Assembly: GCF_006345805.1 (NCBI RefSeq)
Contig: NC_043009.1
Location: 66,030,001 to 66,094,000 of the forward strand
DNA: 64,000 bases
From: Octopus sinensis
Lineage: Eukaryota
Reading direction: 5' to 3'
Each line of letters opens with the position of its first letter. The stretch's first letter is position 1. Made by a program: the position numbers and the translations under genes. Below are positions 13,544 to 25,725 of this stretch, in pieces. The notes beneath the pieces are model-generated. The model was not told where the DNA came from. It searched no databases and was given only the letters and a program-made list of their open reading frames with translations.

Positions 13544-14144
13544 AAGGCAGCAAGCTGGCAGAAACGTTAGCACGCCGGGCGAAATGCTTAGCGGTATTCC
13601 GTCTGCCATTTATGTTCTGAGTTCAAATTCCGCCGAGGTCGACTTTGCCTTTCATCCTTTCGGGGTGGATAAATAAAGTACCAGCTATGCACTGTGGTCA
13701 ATGTAATCGACTTAATCCGTTTGTCTGTCCTTGTTTGTCCCCTCTATGTTTAGCCCCTTGTGAGTAATAAAGAAATAGGTATTTCGTCTACCGCTACATT
13801 CTGAGTTCAAATTCCGCCAAGGTCGACTTTGCCTTTCATCCTTTCGGGGTCGATAAATGAGGTACCAGTTACGCACTGGGGTCGATCTAATCGACTTAAT
13901 CCGTTTGTCTGTCCTTGTTTGTCCCCTCTGTGTTTAGCCCCTTGTGGGCAATAAAGAAATAGGTATTTCGTCTGCTGTTACGTTCTGAGTTCAAATTGTG
14001 CTGAGGTCGACTTTGCCTTTCATCCTTTCACGGTCGATAAATAAAGTACCAGTTATGCACTGAGGTCGATGTAATTGACTTAATCCCTTTGTCTGTCCTT
14101 GTTTGTCCCCTCTGTGTTTAGCCCCTTGTGGGTAATAAAGAAAT
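13544..14144 (+). mobile_element. SINE family B head-to-tail trimer (184-bp period) with target-site duplication
   Basis: One tRNA-like head plus three bodies; junctions aggtatttcgtc at 13777 and 13961; flanked by atatatgcaaacctct(t)gta at 13524 and 14145. Confidence 0.9.
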
Positions 14145-14714
14145 ATATATGCAAACCTCTGTATATTACTGGTATGTATTTCTTTCTTTTGTCTTTCACT
14201 TGTTTCAGTCTTTAGACTATGGCCATGCTGGGGCACCACCTTGAAGAATTTTTAGTGGAATGAATCAACCCAACTACTTATATATATTTCTTTTTAAGAC
14301 TGGTACTAATTTAATCAGTGTCTTTTGCTGAACCGCTAAGTTACAAAGACCTGAACACTCCAACACCACTTGTCAAGCAATGGTGAAGGACAAACACAGA
14401 CACAAACACACACACATATATATATGTGGTGGGCTTCCTTCAGTTTCCCTCTACCAAATCCATTCACAAGGATTTTTCAAGAAGTGGGTTGCATCAGCCA
14501 TGACTCATCATCAGGTGACCCACACTACTAAAAGATTTCAAGGCATTTTTTGTTACGCACGCTATTCAGAAAGTCTCATGGGCCACAGTTTGCCCATGGC
14601 TGGTCTGCAACTCATTCTGTTAGAAATGGCAACCAACTCTCCCTCAAATTATAACCTATTGTCTGAACGAAAAGAAAGAAACATCTGGATAATGTGGTTC
14701 AATGCCTGGAGAAA

Positions 14715-15020
14715 GGCACATGGCTCAGTGGTTAGAGTATCGAGTTCATGATCATGAGGTTGTGAGTTTGATTCCCAGGCCAGGCTGCGTGTTGTGTTCT
14801 TGAGCAAGACACTTTATTTTATGTTGCTCCAATTCGGTCAGCTGTAGAAATGATTTGCAACATCACTGGTGCCAAGTTCCCTTGGATAACATCAGTTGTA
14901 TGGAAAGGAGAGGCTGGTATGCATGGGTGACCGCTGGTCTTTCATAAACCTTACCCAGACTTGTCCCTCAGAGGGGAACCTTCTAGATGCAACCCCACGG
15001 TCATTCATTGTCCTTACCCT
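14715..15020 (+). mobile_element. tRNA-headed SINE with ttgtgttcttgagcaagacact core
   Basis: tggctcagtggttagag (A box) ... gagtttgattccc (B box), then core. Confidence 0.7.
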
Positions 15021-15635
15021 TTGCCTGGAGAACAGATAAAAACGATTTTTAACTTAGAAGTCCTTAAATTTGGAAGCAAAGGAGGTTACAATCAGTTACA
15101 CGGATGATCTAATGTCCCACTAGAAATCTTTTTTGCCAACTTTAGAAATGTAAATTGATAAAGGTTAAATCTTAACTCATAACCACTGAAAAATAATGAC
15201 TAAAAAAGGTGAGGTATTTCATTCAGTGTTTTATTTTCTAGAAATACCTCAGCTTCTAAAGCAAGTGGTGGATTTGTATTTCCTAAGGAAGATGCTGATA
15301 ACAATAATTATTATTGTTATAAGGGACACCAGCCCCTGACAACTTGTGTTTATCTATACACCTTGTAGCATTATGCTGACAACAGGTGGTCGTTCTTCTT
15401 TCAGCAAAGTTAACAACCTATCCACAAATCAACAGGAAAGTCTCTATATCCGAGCGTTTCTCATCCGGGGTTCCCCAGAAGCAATGCTCCAGCTGGGCCG
15501 CAGTCAAGTGACTGCAACACGATAGAAATACATCTAACCTAATTATTCTGTTTTATGTGCAAACCAGCCAGCCAGCCAGATCAGGCTTCTCATACTTACC
15601 ATATAATGTCATTGTAAAAATATACAATCACAGGA

Positions 15636-16045
15636 GCAGCTGTGACTGTGTAGAGAGAAACTTGCTTCCCAACCACATGGTTCCGAGTTCAGTCCCACTG
15701 CACGTCACCTTGGACCACTGTCTTCTACTATAGCCTCGGGGCCGACCAAAGCTTTGTAAATGGATCTGGTAGACAGAAACTGAAAGAAGCCCATTATATA
15801 TATATATATATGTATATATATGTATATGCTTGTGTGTCTGTGTTTGTCACCCCACCCTCCCCACCATCATGTAACAACCAATGTTGGTGTGTTTACATCC
15901 TCGTAATTTAGCAGTTCAGCAAAAGAGACCGATAGAATAAGTACTAGGCTTACAAAGAATAAATCTTAGGGTCGATTTGTTTGACCAAAGGTGGTGCTCC
16001 AGCATGGCCGCAGTCAAATGACTGAAACAGGTAAATGAGTAAAAG
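15636..16045 (+). mobile_element. Full-length SINE family A
   Basis: Head, (TA)n and tail ending gcagtcaaatgactgaaacaggtaaatgagtaa. Confidence 0.85.
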
Positions 16046-16099
16046 GACCACATCATCAAAACACTGAAGCTAAGAGATAACGCATGATTAATTGAAAAC

Positions 16100-16680
16100 C
16101 ATCATCATCATCATTGTTTAACGTCCGTTTTCCGTGCTGGCATGGGTTGGATGGTTCGACTGGGGTCTGGGAAGCCAGGAGGCTGCACCAGACCCCAATC
16201 TGATCTGACTGTGTTTCTACAGCTGGATGCCCTTCCTAATGCCAACCATCCCATGAGTGTAGTGGGTGCTTTTTACATCCCACCAGCACAGGGGCCAGAG
16301 GAGGCTGGCATCAACCACAATCAGATGATGCTTTCTAAGTGCCACCGGCACGGAACCCAATCAGGGTGGCACTGTCATCAACCCTGTTCAGGTGCTTTTT
16401 ACATGCTACCGGTGCAGGGGTCACAATTGATTTGATTTTGACGTTGATGTACTTGACTCAATAGGTCTCCTCAAGCACGGCATGTCGCCCTACAATCTAA
16501 GGTTCTTTTTGAGTCGGCTGGTTATGCAACACTGGTCTAGGTTACAGCTGTGAACTCACTTTATTTGCCGGGTCTTCTCAGTCACAGCATACCTCCAGGT
16601 CTTGGTCTTTTGCCATTGCCTCTGTGAGGCCCAACGCTCAAAGGTCACGCTTGAGCACCTCATCCCAGTGAATAAATAAA
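16100..16680 (-). mobile_element. RTE LINE 3' end
   Basis: catcatcatcattgtttaacgtccg followed by longer upstream LINE sequence. Confidence 0.8.
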
Positions 16681-17663
16681 CATTACATTTGACAGAATAA
16701 TCTGGATGCTAAGGGGTTAAACCAATTCTACAGTGAAATCATCAGGATGGAAAACGAATGACAAAATTTGACTTTTGAGTTAGATATGCAAGACAGAAAG
16801 AGAGAGAGAGAGAGAGAGAAGGAGAAGAGAAACACCTGCATGTACTTGACAGGTATTTTAATTATCAACTCTGATATAATGGTTTCAAATTTTGGCACAG
16901 GCCAGCAATTTTAGGAGAGTAAGGGGAAAGTCACTTACATTGACCCCAGAAAGGGCAAAAGGTAAAATCAACTTTGGCAGCATTTGAACTCAGAACATAA
17001 AAACAGGTAAAATGCTGCTAAGTATTCTGTTGGGTATGCTAACAATTCTGCTAGTTTACCATTTTGAAATAATGGAAAGTAAAATTTTCTTCGGTGAGAT
17101 TTGAACTCAGAAGGCAGAGATCCAAAATGATATTGTATAGCATCCTAACCAATGCTCTCCAGCTGCAGCCAATTCATTGACTTCTATTTTGCTTACAGTG
17201 AATTGGAATAGTTACCGTTACCATGTTGTACTTTAGTATGAAGGTAATTTTTAACAGTTGTCAAACCAACATCAATATATAAATTAGATTAGCAGCTTCT
17301 GAACTAAACTAAGCCGTATTTTACTTTTATACAGCTGTTATAAGCTATGGCCGTTTCCACAGAGGAGACCATCTCATAAAAAAAAAAAATATTTATGTAT
17401 GTGTGCATGAGTGAGCGAACCTTTAAACTTTTCACTTCTGCCATGAATCAGTGGCCATCCATATTGATTAGCTCTCGGCTAGTAGAATGACAACTTCCTC
17501 CACTTTCATTGAAATTTACATGGACTTCATTGAAAGGAAATCGTGATTTATAGGTTTATGATAAGGAAAGGAAAATAAGTGATGAGGATAAGGTAAGTAG
17601 ACAATCAGATGATGGATAGCAAGTTCTAATATTACCACAGGTATTTTGCGGAGAATTTCTTAC

Positions 17664-17698
17664 CTTTTGAGGAGAAAGTGAATGAGTCTTCTACTCAT
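17664..17698 (-). CDS. Candidate first coding exon (MSRRLIHFLLK, phase 2; exon 17664-17708)
   Basis: Minus strand tttacgtag|GTGACTCGCT ATG...AAAAG|gtaaga, a strong donor; 2.8 kb downstream of the X-box at 20462. Confidence 0.3.
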
Positions 17699-17866
17699 AG
17701 CGAGTCACCTACGTAAATATTTGATTGCAAAATGCATAAACATAAACCCTCTAGCTCTTATTGACTTGCATACATATACATATACGCACACAAACACATA
17801 CACACGCGCGCACACACACCCGCACACACATGCACACACACCCGCATGCACACACGCACACACACA

Positions 17867-17905
<39 letters not shown>

Positions 17906-18689
17906 GGTAGTGTGATAAAACAGTTGCTTCCCAACTGTATGGTGCTAGGTTCAGTCCCCCTGCATGGCACCTTTTGAAAGTGTGTTCTACTGTAACCCCA
18001 GGACAATCAAAGCTTTGTGAATAGATTTGGTTGATGGAGACTGAAAGAAGCCCACCATGTGTGTTTTGCTTTAACATCACATTATAAGTGTAAACAAATG
18101 TCACCATCATGTAAGCAGTGTCCATGTGCAATCTTCCATAAAAACATGTCCGGTTATGGGGAAATGTTACCTGACTTGGAACTAGGTGAGGGTCAGGGAT
18201 AGGAAGAGCACCCTGCCATAGAAAATCTATCTCACTAAATTCTGCTTGACCCAATACAACAATGATGATGACATATGTATACACTCACACACATATATAC
18301 ACACACACACATTTATATATACATAACATGGTAACACCCAGACTATCAGATGTTACACATCACTGACCACAGTGCACTTTATATTGTTTTAGCTTCTGAA
18401 TGATGCAACCCTACTGGTTTGGCAAGCAGGGCAACATTTCCCTCTGATCGGAATGCTGGTCCATTATAGGGGTCACCCATTTACAGCTAAGTGGACTGGA
18501 ATAACATGAAATGAAGGGTTTTGCTCAAGAACTGAATCAGTCTCTTTTGTTGAACTGCTAAGTACACCAACGTAAACACACCAAACACCAGCTGTCAAGC
18601 GGTGGTGGGGACAAATACAAAGACACACACACACAGATATACATATGTGTATATATATATATATATGGAACATAAAATGCACTATCCAA

Positions 18690-18912
18690 ATGTGGTTGAT
18701 GCCAGTGTCCCCTAACTGGCTCCCATGCCGGCAGTATGTAAAAAAGCACCTACTACATTCTCGGAGTGGTTGGCATAAGGAAGGGCATCCAGCTGTAGAA
18801 TCATTGCTTGATTAGATTGGAGCCTGGTACAACCTCCTGGCTTGCCAGACCTCATTTAAACCGTCCAACCCATGCCAGCATAGAAAGCAGACGTTAAATG
18901 ATGATGATGATT
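18690..18912 (+). mobile_element. RTE LINE 3' UTR copy
   Basis: aagggcatccagctgtagaa...gacgttaaatgatgatgatg. Confidence 0.8.
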
Positions 18913-19244
18913 ATGTACATATATATATAGAGGCTTCTATCAGTTTCCATCCACCAAATCTACTCACAAAGCTTTGGCCAAAGGCTTTAGTAGAAGACAC
19001 TTACCCAAGATGCCACACTGTGATTGAACCCCAAATCCTGTGACTGGGAAGCAAGCTTCTTACTACACATCCATACTTGTGTCTGTCTATATATATATGT
19101 GTATATATATGATATGCGGACATGTTTGTCATGAGGCTCTCTCCAACACTGAAGAATAATCACTTACTACATTATGGAGTGGTTTAGTCTTTAAATACAA
19201 TCAGACTAATCTATATGTATTTGTTTGTACATGTGGAGGCATAA

Positions 19245-19620
19245 TGGTCCAATGGTTAGGGCAGTGGACTCGTGGTCGTGGGATCATGGTTTCGATTCCC
19301 AGACTGGGCATTGTGAGTGTTTATTGAGCGGAAACACCTAAAGTTCCATGAGGCCCCAGCGGGAGGTGGTGGTGAACCCTGTTGTACTCTTTCAACGCAA
19401 CTTTCTCTCTCTTTCTCCCTGTTTCTGTTGTACCTGTGTTTCAAACGGCCAGCCTTGTCACTCTCTGTGTCACGCTGAATCTCCCTAAGAACTACGTTAA
19501 GGGTACACATGTCTGTGGAGTGCTCAGCCACTTACACATTAATTTCACGAGCAGGCTGTTCTGTTGATCGGATCAACTGGAAACCTCGTCATCGTAACCG
19601 ACGGAGTGCCACAACATGTG
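19245..19620 (+). mobile_element. Full-length tRNA-headed SINE family D
   Basis: tggtccaatggttagggc (A box), ggtttcgattccc (B box), distinct 300-bp body. Confidence 0.7.
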
Positions 19621-20075
19621 AACAAACGTGTGTGTGTTTTGTTTTTTATGTTCTCATCTCTCATTTTGTTCGTTTCTTTGATGTCCTGTACCCATATATG
19701 CATGTATATATACATATAATACATGTATTATATATGCATATATTTATATGCATATATAATAGGCGCAGGAGTGGCTGTGTGGTAAGTAGCTTCCGGGTTC
19801 AGTCCCACTGCGTGGCATCTTGGGCAAGTGTCTTCTGCTATAGCCCCGGGCCGACCAATGCCTTGTGAGTGGATTTGGTAGATGGAAACTGAAAGAAGCC
19901 TGTCGTATATATATATAATATATATATATATGTGTGTGTGAGCCTAAAAGGCGGCATGAACATAGCAGTGCTCAGCCCTAGATGTAAAAATGATTCCTAG
20001 TCTGACATAGACGATCTATGTTATATAAGTTGCCCTCTAGATCCAGGTCTAAGAAAACAAGGAGTAGTAGTAGTT

Positions 20076-20114
<39 letters not shown>

Positions 20115-20461
20115 ATAGTAGTAGTAATAGTAGTAGTAATAATAGTAGTAATAATAGTAATAGTAGTAGTAGTAGTAATTAGTAGTAGTAGTAGTAGTGG
20201 TCCTGGCATTAGACCCCTTATAGGTTCAAAGAATTAGGGATCAAGTAAGATTTAAACATATATAAACTGCATTAGCGATGAAAAATAGAATGTAACGTCT
20301 TCAACCTGAGATTGAAACCGCAAACTGATATTTCAGTATGCGTCGAAGTTATCTCTGGAGTCGGTGGTTTATGATAAACAGTTTTATTGCACATGTAAAC
20401 GGTTTTACTTATTTATATTACGACTGAAACAACAAATCCTCACTGAAATTGCTATTGTGAC

Positions 20462-20489
20462 ATTACCGTGGCAACAATCCGTTGCTACC
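20462..20489 (-). promoter_or_regulatory. RFX X-box-like site plus adjacent half site
   Basis: Minus strand GTTGCCACGGTAAT versus consensus GTTGCCATGGCAAC; GGTAGCAAC half site 5 bp away; unique, CpG-retaining context. Confidence 0.4.
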
Positions 20490-20655
20490 TTCATAACACC
20501 TGACACTTAGATTTGAATTTGTGCTACTGAGTGCAGTTCTCCACTTGCCATTCAGCAGAAATTACACACACACACACCCATGTGTGTATACACACATTTC
20601 CTCTCTATGATTATGATAATCATAACACTAGCTAACATAAAGGAATAATTTCAGC

Positions 20656-20686
<31 letters not shown>

Positions 20687-20714
20687 GGTGGTGGTGGTGG
20701 TGATGATGATGATG

Positions 20715-21290
20715 TATTTCTAAACATAGAGGGGACAAATAAGGACAGACAAAGGGATTAAGTCGATTACATCGACCCCAGTGTGAAACTAGTACTTTAT
20801 TTATCGACCCCGAAAGGATGAAAGGCAAAGTCGACCTCGGAGGAAATAATAGTAATAATAATAATCCTTTCTACTAAAGGCACAAGGCCTGAAATTTGTG
20901 GGGAGGGGACTAGTCGATTATATCGACCCCAGTGTTTCACTGGTACTTAATTTATTGACCCCGAAAGGATGAAAGGCAAAGTTGACCCCAGCAGAATTTG
21001 AACTCAGAATTTAGTGGCAGACGAAATACCTCTAAGCATTACATCCAGTGTGCTAACAATTCTGCCAGCTTGCTGCCTTCTTCTTCTTCATCATCATCAT
21101 TATCACCACCATCACAATGACGATCCTTTCTACTGTAGGCACAAGGCCTGAAACTGGTATTTATTTTATTGGTCTCCAAAATGATGAAAGACAAATTTGA
21201 CCACAGCAGAATTTGAACTCAGAACATTAAGATGGGTGAAATGCTGCTAAGCATTTTGCCCAGCACGATAACGATTCTAATCGCTTTCTT
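20715..21290 (-). mobile_element. Three stacked SINE family B fragments
   Basis: Repeated gaccccgaaaggatgaaaggcaaagtcgacc and gaatttgaactcagaa. Confidence 0.8.
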
Positions 21291-21432
21291 TCATTTACCA
21301 GCAGGGCAAAGGATGAGGGGGACAATACAAAGACAGACATAAAGCAGGGGGAGGGGTATACATATAATAGAAAAAGAAGAAGAAGAAGAAGAAGAGGAAG
21401 AATAGTAAGAAAAAAAGACAGACAGACAGAGA

Positions 21433-23790
21433 TAGGAACCCCCTACGTTAGGAGAGTAATGAGTTCCTGAAAACTTGTAATGCGAAATCACGTAATGTGA
21501 AACTGATTTTTTCCAATGAATTTCAAGTAAAATATTAATAATGCAATTTAACGAATTTTTACTAAACATTAAATAAAAACAACATGACCATTTTAATGCT
21601 CGAAAAAAACTTATAAAAATACACAGCACAAAATATATAAACATTTGAAGGGAAATATGTTAAGAAATGACTAAGAACAACACAAAACATTTTGACTATT
21701 GTGTGGGAGACGATGGTAAAGGTGGTAGAATAACTGTTACAGAGAGTGAGGGATATTGCCTACTATTTTTATAGTACTTTGTCATTATGAGAGGAAAAGA
21801 ACTTATACGAAATAGTTTGATGTTGGAAGCACATCATCTCTTTGCACAGCTCATTGTAAACTTCCCTTAGAATTTTTACAATACATTCGCAATTAAGGTT
21901 TTTATGAAGTAAAATCTTGCAGACTTTTCCCCAAGAAGCGTTACGTTTTTGGCAATATTCTTTGCAATCAATTTAAGTAGACAATTGCAGCGTGGAAGGT
22001 GTTTATAAGCCATTTAAGAAACACAAAACCATTAGATTCACTTCAACATTTAAATTTAATTTGTCAAAATATTTTCATCACTTTGAGACCGTGACCTGTT
22101 CACTGACAAAACTTCCAGTGGACAGGTCGCGGTCTCAAAGTGCCGAAAATATTTTGACACAAATTAAATTTAAATGTTGAAGTGAATCTAACAGTTTTGT
22201 GTGTTTCTTAAATGGCTTATAAACACCTTCCATGGTGAAATTGTTTTCGTTCCAGCACATGATCTCAGATCAAGTCACTCGCTATGCAAGTACATCTCCG
22301 TAATTTAAGTAGAGTTGACGTAATTTCTGTATTCTCATTTTGCTTTCCTTCTTACAGTATCAGCTCCTCATTAATAGAAACCCAACAACTCAGCTTCAGT
22401 ACCCATATCACATCTTCAAACCCTTCATCATTTGCAAGTATCACCTGAATCTTCCTGAATCTGGCGCCAACTTTCTGCTTGTGGAAAACTTGTAAAGACA
22501 CAAACACAATCTGGCCATATATTTTTTCAAAGTTGAGGGTTTCGCTTTGTCCTATGATTCAGTTATCTTATCCAAAGTATCCATGGTGCCAGAATTCTTC
22601 CAGAAGTCTCTGACTTTAAGTTTAACCTTCCTGTCAGAATTGTTTGAAAGTTCTTCCTACAGAATATGCTTTAAAGTTAGCTGTCACAGCTTGATTCTTT
22701 AGCTAGACCAAAGAAGTATTCTTTCAAATATATTCTGCTCTCACAGAAAGCTCATTTAAATTCAACGGGTGGAGGAAAGGCACAATGGTTTCAAAAGCTG
22801 GACAAAAATGTTTGCAAACCATTCTTCAGAAAGCTATTAGTCATACATGCCTTCTTATTTAAGCATCAAATCAGAAACAGATTAAATTTTGCAGAACCCT
22901 TGAAGGAACTCGAATTTTCAGAGTGATACACAAGTAGGGGCTTCAATTTAATAGCAACAGAGACATTTCCTCCCAGAAGCATCAGATGATTTTTGGAAGC
23001 TTTCAAACCTGGTGTTGAATTTTCCTCAAGAAAATATAAGTTCTAGCAGGTATGAGCTTCTAAAAATGTGCATTTTCATCAAGATTGTTTCTTTGCTCTC
23101 TGGTGTGTAGCTCCTTCCAGCAATTATTTCTTTCAACTGCTCAGAATAAATTAGTATTAACCACTGTATCACCACTCCCAGATTCTCCAGTCATTTTTAT
23201 GCCGTGCAAATTCAATCTCTTCGTAAATTTTTCAAACCAACCTCGACTAACCAGAAAAAGTTGTTTCTTTTTTTTAATGAGACATTTCACCTTTATTTTG
23301 CTGTAAATTGAAATGCAAACTTTTCATCATATTTTAATTACCAATGTGTTTATCAGTATGTCAGTACATCAAGGTCTGACCCACAGTCCATACACACAAG
23401 AGCCATTGCGGTTTAAGCATCTATATGAAATTCAATCCGAGATCTTACGGGAAAATAATGTCTAAGCAGTTGTCACTTCTTGAGTACTAGATTTCCTTTT
23501 TCTCTCTATTGTCATGTATTGTTCCCAAAATAGATGTTGCAAGTGTTTTTGGCAATAAGAATGGATATTACTTCATGTATTTTTAGAACATCATGCTTAA
23601 TATCCGGAGAAATTCCTTTATGGTTCCTTTCTGCACTTCTGCCTTTAGGTTCACTTGATGACTTCTTTCCAGACATCTTGAATTCTAGGTAAATCCAACG
23701 GTGGCAGAAATCAACAACTATCCACAACAAATATGTAGTAAAAAGAAAATCGCACGAGGTAGTAACAGTTTTGTGAGAGCAAAAATTGTT
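21433..23790 (-). mobile_element. Decayed pogo/Tigger-type transposon (CENP-B HTH plus DDE transposase pseudogene)
   Basis: N-terminus MSGKKSSSEPKG...KGISPDIKHDVLK; GWFEKFTKRLNLHGIKMTGESGSGD; LKPLLVYHSEN; Tigger-type terminus at 21433; many stops and frameshifts. Confidence 0.85.
21991..22234. mobile_element. Foldback hairpin MITE nested in the Tigger copy
   Basis: About 115-bp inverted arms (ggaaggtgtttataagcc...cactg / cagtg...ggcttataaacaccttcc) around a 10-nt spacer at 22106-22115. Confidence 0.85.
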
Positions 23791-24357
23791 GCCTTACTCC
23801 TATGGATGTAGAACAGAAATGAGAAAACAAAAGAGTAAAGAAGTGAGGTGGGAGGAAATAATCTGTGATTACAGTTAGTTCAAGGATTATCAGGTTTATA
23901 AGCACTTTAAGAACTCCATGCTCTGCTCACACACATACAGGTGCGATGACATACAACATATGTAGCTACAGACATTGTTATCATACTGATACTATTGATG
24001 TTGCCAGTTGATTTTTCAAAAGTTGGTGGTGATGGTGTTGTATTGGTTTCAGTGTTAGTGATGGTGGAGGAATTATTCTTGTTAATTAAATTGTTGTTTA
24101 GTCTCAAGTCAATCCTCATTGACCTAAGATCAAAGACATTTCATTCAACATTTAAAATAGACAAGATCATATCTCATGTGGCTGTTTTGTTTTTTTTTTC
24201 AGATGGATTTTGCTTATTTTCTTCATACAGTTGTTGATTAAGGGGTTGACGGGTTGATGATGGTAGTGGTTTTATTAGTGTTGACACTTGTGATGATGTT
24301 GATGAGAGATAGTAGTGCAGTGAAGGTTGAATTAGAGAGACATATATATATATATAT

Positions 24358-24750
24358 TGGCACCTGTGTCGGTGGCACATAAAAAACACCATCCGAGCGT
24401 GGCCGTCTGCCAGCCTCGTCTGGCACCTGTGTCGGTGGCACATAAAAAACACCATCCGAGCGTGGTCGTCTGCCAGCCTCGTCTGGCACCTGTGTCGGTG
24501 GCACATAAAAAACACCATCCGAGCGTGGCCGTCTGCCAGCCTCGTCTGGCACCTGTGTCGGTGGCACATAAAATCACCCACTACACTCTCGGAGTGGTTG
24601 GCGTTAGGAAGGGCATCCAGCTGTAGAAACACTGCCACATCTGACTGGCCTGGTGCAGCCTTCGGGCTTCCCAGACCCCAGTTGAACCGTCCAACCCATG
24701 CTAGCATGGAAAGCGGACGTTAAACGATGATGATGATGATGATGATGATA
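24358..24750 (+). mobile_element. RTE LINE 3' UTR with an internal 63-bp tandem repeat (3 units plus a partial)
   Basis: tggcacctgtgtcggtggcac starts at 24358, 24421, 24484 and 24547; tail aaacgatgatgatg. Confidence 0.9.
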
Positions 24751-24759
24751 TATATATAT

Positions 24760-25240
24760 GTAAAGGGAACAAAAACGCAATAGAGGACAATGAGACATCT
24801 GGACAGATAGACGATACAAAGGCGGACAGGAAAAACAACAAATAGAGAGATAGGGAAAAGAAAAGGAGAGGTCATTTGTGGCCTTCTTTCATCAGTCAAG
24901 TTTCCAGATGGTCCTTACAGTTTCAAGCAGTTACACTTGAGACTGTTTGAATCTGGTTGCCCCCAAAAAGTCTAAGCTAAGAGCATTAGATTTTTTGTAA
25001 GAAAGCAAGTGAATGTGTACAACAACAAAGGTAAAAAACAGAGAATATGTTACACAATTACAAATACAAACAACAAGAATATAACAACAGGTGTCTTTCG
25101 ACTAACGAGGATGACTCAAATTGAGCTTGCATATATAGAGTGAAAGCCTTGAGGCAGGAATATAGGAGATAGACGTAAGAAATGTTGCCGGTCAGCAGTC
25201 AAACCAAGAAAGAAAGATCGTGGCTGGTTGAACACCATTC
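24760..25240 (-). mobile_element. Penelope-like element 3' end, decayed
   Basis: Minus PH...DLSFL* resembles the GIY-YIG ORF terminus, followed by pLTR-like sequence containing CTGATGA at about 24888-24894. Confidence 0.4.
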
Positions 25241-25494
25241 ATGTGGAAGGAGGAGAGAGGGGTAGGGGCAGACGGAATGAAGAATTAGGGGAAGAATGGG
25301 AAAGAGAGCAAAAAGGAGAAAGGTACAAAGGAGATAAATGAGGAGGAAAAGTAGGAATTAAAGAAAGAGAGGGCCAAGAAATGTGAGAGAGGGGGAGCGA
25401 GAATAAGAAAAGAGGAAGAAAGTATGAGCGGGGACTAAAAGATGGAGTAAAAGTATCATACAAAATTTAGATATGTACTTTCTTACACGGTAAG

Positions 25495-25540
<46 letters not shown>

Positions 25541-25682
25541 GTAAATATGTATAGAGTGTTAGGTGTGATGTACAGAATTGAATATTGTGAAAATAAGTCA
25601 TCAGAATTTTGGGAAAAAATCCTTTTATTTCTTTATTATTATTAACGCTTTTGTTCCTCTCTAGAACTTGTCAAATATAAAT

Positions 25683-25725
<43 letters not shown>

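Noticed and set aside
17641-17712. Plus-strand exon reading YFAENFLPFEEKVNESSTHSESPT
   Set aside because: Competes with a better-bounded minus-strand exon; weak donor and no phase-compatible neighbour
24865-24930. CTGATGA in the PLE-like tail as a hammerhead
   Set aside because: No correctly placed GAAA or stem I partner found
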